From: Ignavibacteriae bacterium HGW-Ignavibacteriae-4
GTDB lineage: Bacteria > Bacteroidota > Ignavibacteria > Kapaibacteriales > UBA2268
Assembly: GCA_002839765.1 (NCBI GenBank)
Contig: PGYR01000005.1
Coordinates: forward strand, 1 to 64,000
Direction of reading: 5' to 3'
DNA length: 64,000 nucleotides
Shown here in pieces: positions 39,263 to 49,885 of this stretch. The position numbers and the translations under genes were made by a program. Below the pieces are notes generated by a model. That model worked only from the letters and a program-made list of their open reading frames with translations. It was not told where the DNA came from and did not search any database. Each line of letters begins with the position of its first letter. Positions within the stretch are counted from its first letter, which is position 1.

Positions 39263-39465
39263 ATAATTGTAGCATTTTCTGTCTTTTTTTTTCAGTCCAT
39301 TTATTAGATCTATGTTGCTTAATTTTTCTATATTTTTTCAACGCGTTATTAATAAAGCACTAATATACAGAATTTAAAATTATTATAATATTAAATTATT
39401 CTTATGTACACTTATTTTACTAAATCTCTTTGTTTATATTGATTCGGAAAGGGTAAGAGAATACC

Positions 39466-39496
39466 TAAATATAAATAAAGCTCCCTCGGTAGCTTT
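39466..39496 (-). terminator. Rho-independent terminator candidate downstream of sigma/anti-sigma/hydrolase-side operon
   Basis: Minus strand hairpin aaagctaccgagggagcttt followed by ATTTATATTT. Confidence 0.45.
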
Positions 39497-39516
39497 TTCA
39501 TTTCTAAATCTATTCG

Positions 39517-40269
39517 CTATATCGGCCTAAAGCTGCTTTTGTCAATCCACCCTACTTCGCCATTGTCTAAGCGGATTTTATTCCAATCCCCGACTCGGTC
39601 TAGCACTTCCATTTTCACTCCTTCGTGGAGTATGAATAGGTCTTGGCTCTTGTCGTCAGGCGAGCTTTTCACATAGGCACTTGGCGATGTTAGTATAGCG
39701 AATTGCTTTACGTATTCGCGTTCGTTTGTACTATATGCAAAGTAAAATGATAACGAAAACAGCATCAGCGATGTTACTATTCCAAGGAATGATGCTTTCT
39801 TTATTGCGGTGCGTCTGCTGAATATGAGCAGAGCGAAGAAGGTAAATACTACCCACATAAACACTATAGTCCAATACGACCACCCAGCTGAGTTTTGATT
39901 ATCTCGAAAAGCGTCTAACCAATCGACTATGAATATCTGTTCTACAGGGGTTACTTTGTCTATAGTTTTCAATCTTGCTATTGCTAAGTTGTGGTCTATA
40001 TCTTCGTCATCGCTAAGTTTATCCGCACGTTCGAAATTGAGTATAGCGAATGATATATTATCAGTTTTATAGTACGCACTTCCTAGATTATAGTATAACT
40101 CTGCTGATACATATCCAGAGTCAATTACTTGCTCGTATATATTGATAGCATCGGCATATTTCTTATTCGCGTATGCGTCATTTGCTTTGTTGAATAGCTG
40201 CTCTACGGAGCTAGCGAATAGTGCAGCGGGAATAACGAGTAACAAGAGTAATAGTGTTAGTTTTCTCAT
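39517..40269 (-). CDS. batE: BatE-like protein (TPR + TM + C-terminal SH3b)
   Basis: TPR-like N-terminus, central TM, C-terminal GDWNKIRLDNGEVGWIDKSSF SH3b-like; operon context with batD/batC/batA. Confidence 0.6.
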   Translation of the reverse strand: MRKLTLLLLLLVIPAALFASSVEQLFNKANDAYANKKYADAINIYEQVIDSGYVSAELYYNLGSAYYKTDNISFAILNFERADKLSDDEDIDHNLAIARLKTIDKVTPVEQIFIVDWLDAFRDNQNSAGWSYWTIVFMWVVFTFFALLIFSRRTAIKKASFLGIVTSLMLFSLSFYFAYSTNEREYVKQFAILTSPSAYVKSSPDDKSQDLFILHEGVKMEVLDRVGDWNKIRLDNGEVGWIDKSSFRPI

Positions 40270-42101
40270 CTTATACCCCTCTCTATATTTGTTATTACTG
40301 TACCCGATTTTTCATATACTTCGTTCATTCTATCCGATGTATTTGCTGAGTTCGAATATCTAGCGAACTCACTTTCTTCTAATGTTTTTAGGAAACTGTC
40401 TATCTGAGTTTCATCTACATTGATTTGTGCTAATTTTGTACGTACTACATCTTTGTTCAACTCCGAAACAGGTATATTCAACTTGTCTGAAATATATCCC
40501 CAAAGAGCTTTTGTTATTTCTTCGTAGAATTTGTTGCTGTCATTAGCCTTTAGAGCTTCACCAGCGGCCGATAATCTTTTCTTAGCTAATTTGCTCGCTC
40601 GCTTGTTTTTCATTAGCTCAGTGTCCTCATCTTCCTTTCTACGCTTACTTAGCAGTAGGAATAGTATTAGAAATAGGATGAACGGCAGCATTAATAGTAT
40701 ATAGAACACTTGCGAACCAAAAAATCCAGTTTTTGATTTAGCAACTAACTCGGTATCAGTTTTTATATATCGTATGTCTTTACCTAATAATTGAAGCTCG
40801 GCACGGCTAACACCAGACACGTTCGAGCTACCATCGCCACTGCCTTTCCCTACGTTGATTATGAACTCATTGCTAGTTATTGTCTTATAGCTATTAGTAG
40901 TCAAATCAAAGTAAGAGAACGTAACAGGCTCTATTTTGTATTGCCCTTCTCTACGAGGTATTATCAGAAATTCGAATATATTATCGCCCGACATACCCGC
41001 TAGTGATACTTTCGTATTGTCAGCAGTTTTTGGATCAAATGTCTCCATATCCGGTGGCAACTTTATAGTAGGTGCGTCGAATAGTTTTAGATTTCCTTTA
41101 CCTGATACTTTTACTTTTAGGGTGACAGGCTCATTAGCTACAGTTTTAGTATTATCTACCCACGCATTCATTTCGTAAGTACCAACAGCTCCGTTGAATC
41201 CAGCTGGTGCGCCATCTGGTAATGGTTTCACGTTCACTGATATTGCGTTTGAGCTAAGTTTATACTCAAAGTCTTTGTAAGATCCGCGATTGAAAAAATC
41301 GTCGAACATACTGCGTCTTCTATTCGATTGACTATTCGTTTGTAGTCTAGTTACTGTTTTGAATTCATACGGGTCAACAGTTAGCTTTCCGCTTTGCTGT
41401 GGGAATAGAACTACTTGCTTAAGAGTAGCTACTCTGAACCATACACCATTGACTTGCTCTCTTTGCCATTGTACTTCACCGAGGTCAATTTCTTGACTCC
41501 AAAATCCATTAAGTATTGGTGAGCTTTCCATCTCTAATCCAACTACGTTCAGCTCGCCATTCACATATAACTTGAAACTAGCGGTAACTTGCTCACCTAC
41601 ATAAGCGCTAGTTTTAGAGACATTAGTCTTTAGATATAGATTATTTTTAATGATGTCAATTGCTTGACCACGCAAAGATTTTTCTTGGTCTGCGGCTTGT
41701 TCGCGTCTCTCTTTCTCTGCTTGCGATGGCTCTACTATTCGCATATCTATTGTATTCGAACGTAATCTCTTGCCTTCAACTTGTATAGATGCCGGTTGTA
41801 TAGTAGTCGTGCCGACTTTGTTCGCTTTTAAAACATAAGTAAACGAAAGCGAACGGCTGAATTGACCGTTAATAATCTGAGTGCTGCTCGATTGGGACGG
41901 CCCATTAATTACCTCAAATCCGTCGAAGCTCGGAGGCCTGAAATTGGAGGCATCAGTATTGACACTGAATTGCACCCGGAATGGTTCACCCTGCACTACA
42001 GGATTACCACTAACGGCAGCCGTAAATTGAGGTTCTTGTCCTAATGCAACGAAGGACATAAAAATACTTAAATATAAATATATCGATACTCTTAGTTTCA
42101 T
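40266..42101 (-). CDS. batD: BatD-like oxygen-tolerance protein
   Basis: Signal peptide, N-terminal ...EPQFTAAVSGNPVVQGEPFRVQFSVN typical BatD start, C-proximal TM, 611 aa. Confidence 0.65.
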   Translation of the reverse strand: MKLRVSIYLYLSIFMSFVALGQEPQFTAAVSGNPVVQGEPFRVQFSVNTDASNFRPPSFDGFEVINGPSQSSSTQIINGQFSRSLSFTYVLKANKVGTTTIQPASIQVEGKRLRSNTIDMRIVEPSQAEKERREQAADQEKSLRGQAIDIIKNNLYLKTNVSKTSAYVGEQVTASFKLYVNGELNVVGLEMESSPILNGFWSQEIDLGEVQWQREQVNGVWFRVATLKQVVLFPQQSGKLTVDPYEFKTVTRLQTNSQSNRRRSMFDDFFNRGSYKDFEYKLSSNAISVNVKPLPDGAPAGFNGAVGTYEMNAWVDNTKTVANEPVTLKVKVSGKGNLKLFDAPTIKLPPDMETFDPKTADNTKVSLAGMSGDNIFEFLIIPRREGQYKIEPVTFSYFDLTTNSYKTITSNEFIINVGKGSGDGSSNVSGVSRAELQLLGKDIRYIKTDTELVAKSKTGFFGSQVFYILLMLPFILFLILFLLLSKRRKEDEDTELMKNKRASKLAKKRLSAAGEALKANDSNKFYEEITKALWGYISDKLNIPVSELNKDVVRTKLAQINVDETQIDSFLKTLEESEFARYSNSANTSDRMNEVYEKSGTVITNIERGIR

Positions 42102-42934
42102 TACCAGTTTTTCTCTGTCTTGTTAGACTTAGATTTTAGTTTTCTTAGTTTCTTTTGTAGTTCTTTCTCATCATTCATCATAGCTTGCAAAATACGCTCA
42201 GCGTCTTGCTTAGAGATTTTCGGTTTTTGACCACTTTCTGCTTGGTCTTTGTCACCAGTTTTGTTCTCATCTTGCTGACCGTCTTTGCCGTCTTTCTTAT
42301 CGTTCTGTTTATCTTTGTCCTTATCGCCTTGCTTATTATCTTTATCTTGTTGATCTTTGTTTTGGTCGTCCTTATTTTGACCGTCTTTATCTTTATTCTT
42401 ATCGCCGTCTTTGTCTTTATTTTGGTCTTGCTTGTCCTTGTTTTTGTCGTCTTTATCTTTATTGTCTTTGTTTTTATCCTTGTTCTTATCTTGCTGCTCT
42501 TGCTTTCTTAGCATTTCCTGTGCATAAGCTAGATTATATTTTGTGTCTTCATCTTTAGGGTTATTCTTCAATGCATTTATATATGCATCTACACTTTCTT
42601 TGTATTTCTTGTCCTCTAATAAAGAATTACCCAGATTATGGAATACTTTAGATAGCTCTCTTTTGGAGAAATTTTCTCCAGAAAGCTCTTTGTATTTATC
42701 CATAGCTTCTTGGTAGTTGCCTTGCTTGTAAAGTGAATTAGCCAAATTATATTTTGCAATACTCGAATTAGGATCTTTTTCTAGTGATTTTCGATAATCA
42801 ATTTCTGCATCTTTATAATTATTACTTTTATAGCTATTATTACCATTATAAATGAACTTACTTGCCTCTTCTTTAGAAAAAGCAGTACTACCTATAAATA
42901 TAAATAGGGCTACGAATATGCTGATTTTAGTCAT
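42101..42934 (-). CDS. batC: BatC-like TPR protein with K/D/N/Q-rich low-complexity C-terminal half
   Basis: Signal peptide, 3-4 TPR units (YNLANSLYKQGNYQEAMDKY), then ~90 aa of KDKDKNKD repeats. Confidence 0.6.
   Translation of the reverse strand: MTKISIFVALFIFIGSTAFSKEEASKFIYNGNNSYKSNNYKDAEIDYRKSLEKDPNSSIAKYNLANSLYKQGNYQEAMDKYKELSGENFSKRELSKVFHNLGNSLLEDKKYKESVDAYINALKNNPKDEDTKYNLAYAQEMLRKQEQQDKNKDKNKDNKDKDDKNKDKQDQNKDKDGDKNKDKDGQNKDDQNKDQQDKDNKQGDKDKDKQNDKKDGKDGQQDENKTGDKDQAESGQKPKISKQDAERILQAMMNDEKELQKKLRKLKSKSNKTEKNW
42230..42500. repeat. Degenerate short tandem DNA repeats (ctttgtc/cttatc units) encoding the KDKN low-complexity region of BatC
   Basis: Visible periodic ttgtctttatc / cttgtcctt units across ~270 bp. 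Confidence 0.6.
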
Positions 42935-43976
42935 TATCTTCTCCTATTATTTTTTTCATTGTGAATGTCTTATTCTTTTTATCACTTATTAGCATTTCCA
43001 AAACTAACACAAAGAGAGCAAAGAAGAACACATATTGGAATCTATCTTCGAAATCCGTGAATACTTTTGCTTCGAATTCTGTTTTTTCCATCTTAGCAAT
43101 ATCGTCAATCAAATCACCGAGGTTAAAATCTCCACCAGAAGCACGTACAAAATTACCACCACCAATAGAAGCTAGTTCTTTCAGCATATTAGCATTCAAT
43201 TTGGAAACTACTGTTTTACCTTGATTGTCCGTTAGATACCCTTTGGATTGACCATTCACGATGTTAGGTATCGGACCACCATCTACAGAACCCATACCGA
43301 TTGTGTGAATGATTACGCCTTTCTCCACTGCAATTTTGGCAGCACTTAGTGCGTCATCTTCGTGGTTCTCGCCATCAGTAATTATTATCATTACCTTATT
43401 AACTTTATCATCATCCGAGAATGATTTTAATCCTAGCTCTATAGCACTACCTATTGCAGTTCCTTGCTTTTCTATTAGGTTAGTACTCATAGTAGATACC
43501 ATAAGTTTTGCTGCCGAGTAGTCGGTAGTCAAAGGCAATTGGAGGAACGAATCCCCTGCAAACAAGACGATGCTTATTTTATCTTGTTTCAAATCGTCTA
43601 TTAGTCTCTTGATTGCAGATTTAGCTCGTTCCAATCTGTTAGGGCGAATATCTTCTGCCAACATACTATTGGATACATCGACTGCTATTACTACTTCTAT
43701 ACCTTCTCGCTTCACTTCTTTCATCTTCGTACCTATTTGCGGATTAGCTAACCCCAGTACCATCAATGAAAAAGCTATTAATATGAGTATAAACTTCAAG
43801 CTATTCTTGAATGTAGATACATTGGGTGCAAGCCTAGCAAGTGCTATTTGTGTAGCGAATTTGGACAAAAGTTTTTTGCGTCGAGCTCTATATATAAAAT
43901 AAAAAAGCACTAAAATGGGCAATGCTAATAAGATATATAGATATATTTCGTTTTCTAATTTTAACAATGTCTTCAC
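42927..43976 (-). CDS. batA: BatA-like von Willebrand factor A domain protein
   Basis: Two N-terminal TM, VWA MIDAS VVIAVDVSNSM...; 349 aa. Confidence 0.7.
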   Translation of the reverse strand: MKTLLKLENEIYLYILLALPILVLFYFIYRARRKKLLSKFATQIALARLAPNVSTFKNSLKFILILIAFSLMVLGLANPQIGTKMKEVKREGIEVVIAVDVSNSMLAEDIRPNRLERAKSAIKRLIDDLKQDKISIVLFAGDSFLQLPLTTDYSAAKLMVSTMSTNLIEKQGTAIGSAIELGLKSFSDDDKVNKVMIIITDGENHEDDALSAAKIAVEKGVIIHTIGMGSVDGGPIPNIVNGQSKGYLTDNQGKTVVSKLNANMLKELASIGGGNFVRASGGDFNLGDLIDDIAKMEKTEFEAKVFTDFEDRFQYVFFFALFVLVLEMLISDKKNKTFTMKKIIGEDND

Positions 43977-44076
43977 TATTGATTAAATTGTTTACAAAAA
44001 TATTAATTAAAGTTATTTTAGTCAATATTTGCAACATTATGTAACGAAAAACACTACTCATTTGTTATAGTAAAAC

Positions 44077-46893
44077 ATGAAAAAACTTATTTTTATATTT
44101 ATTCTGCTGATATCTTCATCTTTGATTTTTGCTCAAGAGATGTATCACACTAATGCTATATACGTGAAATACACTGATAGCAAAGAGGCGAAGCTGCAAT
44201 CAAGCTCGTCTCAATATACTATTACCCCTGCGTTTGATCTGAGGAGATATAATCTAGGAAAGCGCTCTCGAACGGCTGATTCTTTGCTATATGAGTTGGG
44301 CAAAGTACAGAAACTAACATTCAACGAGCAAATAGACCCCGTGAAAATGGCAAAGCTATTTGCTAATAGACCTAATGTAGAGTACGCAGAGCCAATCCCG
44401 AAAAGCTATATTATAGCGAATGAAACGAACGATCCTGATTTGAATCAATTATATCATCTTTATCTTATAAAGGCATTCGATGCTTGGAATCTAATGACAG
44501 GTGACACGGTACTAATAGGCATTGTGGATACAGGTATAGACTTCGATCACGAGGATTTAAAAAATCAAGTCTGGTACAATCCCGGTGAACAAGGAAAAGA
44601 TGAGTTTGGTAATGATAAATCAACAAATGGTATTGATGACGACAGTAATGGTTTCGTAGATGATTGGCGCGGTTGGGATTTTGGCTCTGAGAGTGGATTT
44701 GACAATGATCCTAGTTATGGTGGAGACCACGGAGTGCACGTCTCTGGTATAGCTGCCGCTCAGGTGAATAATAGCGTTGGAGTAGCAGGGGTGTCACCTC
44801 TAGCTAAGATACTTCCTGTTAAAATTGGGCCAGATTTCGGATTGGATAATTCGGTGTATAATGAGTTCGATGGCTTGCTCTATGCCGCTATGATGGGTGC
44901 TGATGTTATCAACTGTTCTTGGGGGAGTACAGGGTTTTCACAGTCCAATGCTTTAGTTGTGAAAGCAGTAACGGAGCTAGGGACGCTAATAGTATCTGCC
45001 GCTGGTAACAATAATAGGAACCAGACATTCTACCCTGCTTCTTACGATGGTGTTTTGTCTGTTGCTTCTTCTGCTGATGATGATGTTCGTTCGGGGTTTT
45101 CTAATTATAACACTAGAGTAGATATTTCTGCACCGGGTACTTTCATATACTCTACTGTTCCTAATAACAAATATGATTATAAAAGTGGTACTTCTATGGC
45201 TTCGCCTGTGGCAGCTGGTGCGGCTGCTGTTCTTCGTTCTCAGTTCCCAGACTATACTGCTCAGCAAATCAAATCGCTGATTATAGTAAATACTGATAAT
45301 ATAGATGAGCTGAACCCCGGGTTTGAGGGATTAGTTGGTAGTGGGCGATTGAACCTGTATAAGGCAATCACAAAGGAGAATAACATAGCTATTAATCTAA
45401 AAGAGGAAATTGTAACATCAGATAATCCATTCGGAATTATAAATGCTGGCTCAAAACTTAAACTAGATTTAGTATTCGAAAATGTATTAGATGATATTGA
45501 AAATCTACAATTACTCATAGGAAACGATAAGTATGTGAAAGTGAATGTTGATAATACAGTATTCAATTTTCAGAATATTCCTTCGGGGGAATTGTTCAGT
45601 ATAAAAGATAATATAGAGATAACAATTCCAGAGGAAACTCCAGAAAATTACAGCTTCAATATACAGATTACTGCTTTCCATAACGGTGAGAGATTACAAG
45701 ATTTCTACGTTAGCTTCATTGCTAATCCATCTTATCTGAATTTACAGAATGATGAAATAGCTATGACCGTAACAAGTGCTGGTAACCATGGCTACAACGA
45801 TTTCTCAGAGAATGTACAGGGAATAGGATTCCAGTTCAAAGATGCAACAGATTTAATGTTCGAAGGGGGGTTTATGATGACTCAGAAGGAGAAAGTGTAT
45901 GTGGCGGATGGCATCAGAAACCGATCTAGTGTTAAAGATAAGGACTTGTTTTCCCTAGAAAAAATAAATAGAAAAGATTTTGGCTCCTACTCAGTAATTA
46001 ATTCCAGATTTACCGATAAAGTCGAGGGTGGTATTGGCAATTTTGATTCTTTAGCTTTGGGTATAGAGGTGAAAAGCGAGACATATTTATTTAAAGAAGA
46101 TGGTCTGCGGAATAGTATTCTACTTAGATATATATTACATAATCAAAATTCATTCGATATGGATTCAATTTATGCTGGGCTATTCTATGACTGGGATATA
46201 AGCGAAGGTGGGCAGAATGATGTAATCGTGATGGATTCAGTTGATAGAACTGGCTATGCTATGATAGTAGATGATAATGATACACCTGTTATAGGTGTGC
46301 ACCTTCATTCGGAAATGCCGTTCAATGGTTACGCAATAGACAATGCCGCTTTCCAAGAGGAAATGGGAATATACGATGGTTTTTCGGAAGCTGAGAAACA
46401 GATGACTATGACTTCTGGCATTCCTAGATTAAGCAGCCGTCCTAATAAAGATGGTTCTATGGTAATTTCCGCGGGCCCACTATTTATACCTGCTGGTAAA
46501 AAGACAGAGGTTCTTTTTAGTATAAATGCTAGCAATTACGAAGCTGATATACGTGAGAATGTAAGAAAATTAGATGAAAAGTTGAAGTCTTTTGAATTAC
46601 AATCGAAAGTTGAGATTAATAGAACTATCAGCATCGAAAAGCTGTATCCTAGTCCTGTAGCCATTAACAAAACTGTGGAAGCATATATAAGCTCTCAAAC
46701 TCTAACAGAAGTTGAAATGAAGATATATGACTGTAGAGGTAGAGTTATTGTTGACCTAGGTACAAAAAGATTAATAATAGGCTACAATCCTATTGAATTC
46801 AGTACTGCTGGGCTGTCGCAAGGTGCATATTACTTTGGAGTAGTGAAAGACGGGGAGCTATTCTCCTACCCCTTTACTGTCATCAATGAGTAA
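44077..46893 (+). CDS. subtilisin-like S8 serine peptidase with T9SS C-terminal sorting domain
   Basis: Catalytic Asp GIVDTGID, His HGVHVSGIAAA, Ser GTSMASPVAAG; signal peptide; C-terminal LYPSPVAINKTVEAYI...YYFGVVKDGELFSYPFTVINE. Confidence 0.85.
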   Translation: MKKLIFIFILLISSSLIFAQEMYHTNAIYVKYTDSKEAKLQSSSSQYTITPAFDLRRYNLGKRSRTADSLLYELGKVQKLTFNEQIDPVKMAKLFANRPNVEYAEPIPKSYIIANETNDPDLNQLYHLYLIKAFDAWNLMTGDTVLIGIVDTGIDFDHEDLKNQVWYNPGEQGKDEFGNDKSTNGIDDDSNGFVDDWRGWDFGSESGFDNDPSYGGDHGVHVSGIAAAQVNNSVGVAGVSPLAKILPVKIGPDFGLDNSVYNEFDGLLYAAMMGADVINCSWGSTGFSQSNALVVKAVTELGTLIVSAAGNNNRNQTFYPASYDGVLSVASSADDDVRSGFSNYNTRVDISAPGTFIYSTVPNNKYDYKSGTSMASPVAAGAAAVLRSQFPDYTAQQIKSLIIVNTDNIDELNPGFEGLVGSGRLNLYKAITKENNIAINLKEEIVTSDNPFGIINAGSKLKLDLVFENVLDDIENLQLLIGNDKYVKVNVDNTVFNFQNIPSGELFSIKDNIEITIPEETPENYSFNIQITAFHNGERLQDFYVSFIANPSYLNLQNDEIAMTVTSAGNHGYNDFSENVQGIGFQFKDATDLMFEGGFMMTQKEKVYVADGIRNRSSVKDKDLFSLEKINRKDFGSYSVINSRFTDKVEGGIGNFDSLALGIEVKSETYLFKEDGLRNSILLRYILHNQNSFDMDSIYAGLFYDWDISEGGQNDVIVMDSVDRTGYAMIVDDNDTPVIGVHLHSEMPFNGYAIDNAAFQEEMGIYDGFSEAEKQMTMTSGIPRLSSRPNKDGSMVISAGPLFIPAGKKTEVLFSINASNYEADIRENVRKLDEKLKSFELQSKVEINRTISIEKLYPSPVAINKTVEAYISSQTLTEVEMKIYDCRGRVIVDLGTKRLIIGYNPIEFSTAGLSQGAYYFGVVKDGELFSYPFTVINE

Positions 46894-47823
46894 TACCTTA
46901 TTCGTCATTGTCTTTATCAATTTTTCAAAATCGTCCTTATAGTCGTCTTCTAGACGGGCTACTTCACTGCGGACTATGCTCAAATTACCGTCTTTTAGTT
47001 CTGTCAACACTATCTTAACTTCTGCGTGACTCTTCACTCTTTTTATAGAACCAAATATATAGTTTTCTACTGCGAAAGTGTTTAGTATCTTTAGTTCAGT
47101 ATTACTTGGTGGAGTGAAATTTTCCATCAAATACAGATTAAAAGCAGCATACATTGAATCTCTTGAGTTGAGGTCATACACAGCGTAATCTTCTGATTCC
47201 TTTGCTGCTTGGTATATAGTTTCCGAAGCGAAATAGGACATTACAGATTTATTATTGAATATCTTCCAGATTAGTGGCGAATTGCTATCGTCAAACATAA
47301 ACCCACCAATGACCAAAGATTTTACAGGCTTTGTTCTATATTCTTTCGGTTGGTGATTATAAAGAGTGTCATCAGCAGTAACGTTCATCATAGCTCTTTG
47401 CAATGCCGTTAATAGTGCTACATCATATATTTTGTTACCGTCTTTTACATAACGCAAATCAGCATAACCAAAGCCATTTTTCTCTTTCTTTGTCTTGGTA
47501 TCCACCATAGTTACATTTGCTCTTAACATTCCATGGAATACATCAATAGATGAAGATAGGAAGTAGCTAGCATCTAATACTTTTGCGATAGAGTCGGAGT
47601 TGATTTTAGTTGTAGAATTATCTGACAATTGTTTTCGTACCGAATCTGATATGGCTATATATTTAGATGTCATATCTACTGCTAACTTAGTAGCTGTATA
47701 TATTTTGTGTATGCTAATAGAATCTGCACCAGTACCTTGGGCTACGTTGCTAATAAGTATTTTGGACGTATTAGCTTGCAGTGATACAGCTAGTAAGAAT
47801 AGTATTATTATTAATTTTTTCAT
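46858..47823 (-). CDS. hypothetical secreted protein
   Basis: Likely start MKKLIIILFLLAVSLQA (signal peptide). Confidence 0.4.
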   Translation of the reverse strand: MKKLIIILFLLAVSLQANTSKILISNVAQGTGADSISIHKIYTATKLAVDMTSKYIAISDSVRKQLSDNSTTKINSDSIAKVLDASYFLSSSIDVFHGMLRANVTMVDTKTKKEKNGFGYADLRYVKDGNKIYDVALLTALQRAMMNVTADDTLYNHQPKEYRTKPVKSLVIGGFMFDDSNSPLIWKIFNNKSVMSYFASETIYQAAKESEDYAVYDLNSRDSMYAAFNLYLMENFTPPSNTELKILNTFAVENYIFGSIKRVKSHAEVKIVLTELKDGNLSIVRSEVARLEDDYKDDFEKLIKTMTNKVLLIDDSKGVGE

Positions 47824-49511
47824 TTGCTTAAACAATTCATTCTGAATTTTGTGTAACTGTAAGTGTTCACTACATCGTTGTGAGTGAGCCACCCTTTTCT
47901 TGCCATTCGGATACCATACATTACGTGCTGTAATCCACGTAAGTTATGAGCATCTGGATTTATTGCAATCTTAACTCCCTTCTGCTTAGCATAACCTATT
48001 AGCCGCCAATCTAAATCCAATCTATGCGGATTGGCGTTAATTTCAATTATTGTCTTGTATTCTGCAGCAGCGTCTATAACAGCGTGTTGGTCTATCTCAT
48101 AACCCTTTCTTTTTAGCAATAATCGTCCAGTAGGATGACCCAATATAGTAGTATAAGGGCTCATAACTGCTCGGATTACTCTGTCAGTCATATCCGATTT
48201 GCTCATAGTAAAATTTGAGTGTACAGAGGCAACAACTAGGTCAAATTTCTTCAGTATTTCCTCATCATAATCAAGGCTACCATCATTCAAAATATCCGAT
48301 TCTATTCCTTTCAGTATTTTTATTCCTAAGTCACGGCTATTTAGCTCGTCTATCTCTCTGTGCTGTGCTAATACGCGTTCTTCTGATAATCCATTAGCAT
48401 AGACTGCTGTCTTACTATGATCACAAATAGCAAAGTAAGAATATCCCAACCTTTTCGATTCTAGCGCCATTTCTTCTATGCTGTTCAGCCCATCGCTCCA
48501 AGTGCTATGGCAGTGGAGCATACCTTTCATATCCGATTCTTCTATTAGCTTAGGTAATCCACTAGTGATTGCATATTGCAATGCTTGTGCATCTTCCCTA
48601 TTCTCGGGTTCTACGTACTGCATTGTTAACTTTTCGTAGAGCTCTAGTTCGGAGCTTATGCTGACTTGCTTGTCCCCATCATATATCTTATCATCTTTGA
48701 GGGTAAAAGTATTTTTCGCTACGTCCTTGAATACAGATAAATACTCATCTGAGCAGCTAAGATTATGCGATACTACACCGAAATTGTCATCATCTGCTAA
48801 GTGCAATGTAATTGGTATTCTGTCATAATTGAATGTGATAGTATCACTATTTACTGTAATGCTGAATTCCTTTTGTAGCTCAGATTCCAATAGTTCCAAA
48901 TCTTCTGTGATTACTACAAAATCAATATTATCTATAACCTCTAGCCATCTTCTAAGTTGACCAGCAGAACTAGCTTTCTTTACAGCACCAGTGTTTTTGA
49001 GCAGCTCAAGTATAGATTTACCGGCTTTATATGCTTTGTCCAATCGGAACTTGTTCTCGTATTGCTTATTCTCATTGATTGACTCTAGTATTAGCTGTGC
49101 CGATTTAGCTCCGTATCCTTTTAGTGCTTCTAACTGACCGTTCTTCGCCATTTCTTCTAGTTCATCAACGGACTTCACATTATGTTTTTCAACTAATGAT
49201 TTTGCCTTTTTAGCACCTACTCCTTTAATCTTGCTAATGTCAATCATTTCTTGAGGAATTTCAGCTTTTAGCTTTTCGTAATAATCCATTTTCCCCGTTT
49301 CTACGAACTGAGTTAGCTTCTCTTGAAGTGCTGGGCCTATACCGTTTATCTCACGAAGCGTACCTTCTCTTACATGTCTTTCTATATCTATATTGTCATC
49401 AGAGATAAGTGCGGCGGCATTAGAGTAAGCTCTAGTTTTGAAATGATTCTCGCCTTTTAGTTCCAATAACTCTGCGATTTCTTTTAGTATTAATGTTATT
49501 TCGTTTCTCAT
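47820..49511 (-). CDS. polX: DNA polymerase X family protein (Pol beta-like core + PHP phosphoesterase domain)
   Basis: N-terminal HhH/Pol-beta region (KTRAYSNAA, GIGPALQEKL), C-terminal PHP motifs HCHSTWSDG...CDHS...HP; start taken at Met13 which forms ATGA overlap with upstream gene. Confidence 0.75.
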   Translation of the reverse strand: MRNEITLILKEIAELLELKGENHFKTRAYSNAAALISDDNIDIERHVREGTLREINGIGPALQEKLTQFVETGKMDYYEKLKAEIPQEMIDISKIKGVGAKKAKSLVEKHNVKSVDELEEMAKNGQLEALKGYGAKSAQLILESINENKQYENKFRLDKAYKAGKSILELLKNTGAVKKASSAGQLRRWLEVIDNIDFVVITEDLELLESELQKEFSITVNSDTITFNYDRIPITLHLADDDNFGVVSHNLSCSDEYLSVFKDVAKNTFTLKDDKIYDGDKQVSISSELELYEKLTMQYVEPENREDAQALQYAITSGLPKLIEESDMKGMLHCHSTWSDGLNSIEEMALESKRLGYSYFAICDHSKTAVYANGLSEERVLAQHREIDELNSRDLGIKILKGIESDILNDGSLDYDEEILKKFDLVVASVHSNFTMSKSDMTDRVIRAVMSPYTTILGHPTGRLLLKRKGYEIDQHAVIDAAAEYKTIIEINANPHRLDLDWRLIGYAKQKGVKIAINPDAHNLRGLQHVMYGIRMARKGWLTHNDVVNTYSYTKFRMNCLSK

Positions 49512-49885
49512 TGAGATTCTTTTGGTTTTTTGAAATTTAGACCACAACTCTGTATGTTTTTCAGATGTGTTACTATTAGTATGATAGAGCCTATATGCAA
49601 CGAAACAAACAGATATGGATTATCATGGAGTAACACGCCAAGTATGAATAATCCCCATCCTATACCAAATGCAAGTTTTATCTTTGGATTAGTGGTTCTA
49701 CGAGCAGCAAAATATGCTGCAATGAGTGCGACTCCAGCGAATATATAATCAATAATTGGCATTTCGTGATTCACAAGATACAGTGTATCTGCAGACACTG
49801 TAAAGATTATAGGCAATGCCAGACAGTGAATCAAACAGAGAATAGATGCGGTTATACCGATTTTGTCGCTTGTTGTGGGTTCCAA
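49508..49885 (-). CDS. small membrane protein, MerC-like
   Basis: 125 aa, 4 TM, LCLIHCLALP Cys-containing first helix. Confidence 0.4.
   Translation of the reverse strand: MEPTTSDKIGITASILCLIHCLALPIIFTVSADTLYLVNHEMPIIDYIFAGVALIAAYFAARRTTNPKIKLAFGIGWGLFILGVLLHDNPYLFVSLHIGSIILIVTHLKNIQSCGLNFKKPKESQ

Noticed and set aside
42185-42511. 108-aa plus-strand ORF of Leu/Ile/Phe/Val repeats
   Set aside because: Antisense to the KDKN low-complexity repeat region of BatC; mirror-image artefact of the short tandem DNA repeats.
39517-43976. Bat operon as a possible novelty
   Set aside because: batA-batC-batD-batE is a well-known Bacteroidota aerotolerance cluster. Only one VWA gene (no separate batB) and no adjacent moxR/DUF58 in this window, but that may lie elsewhere. 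Ordinary.
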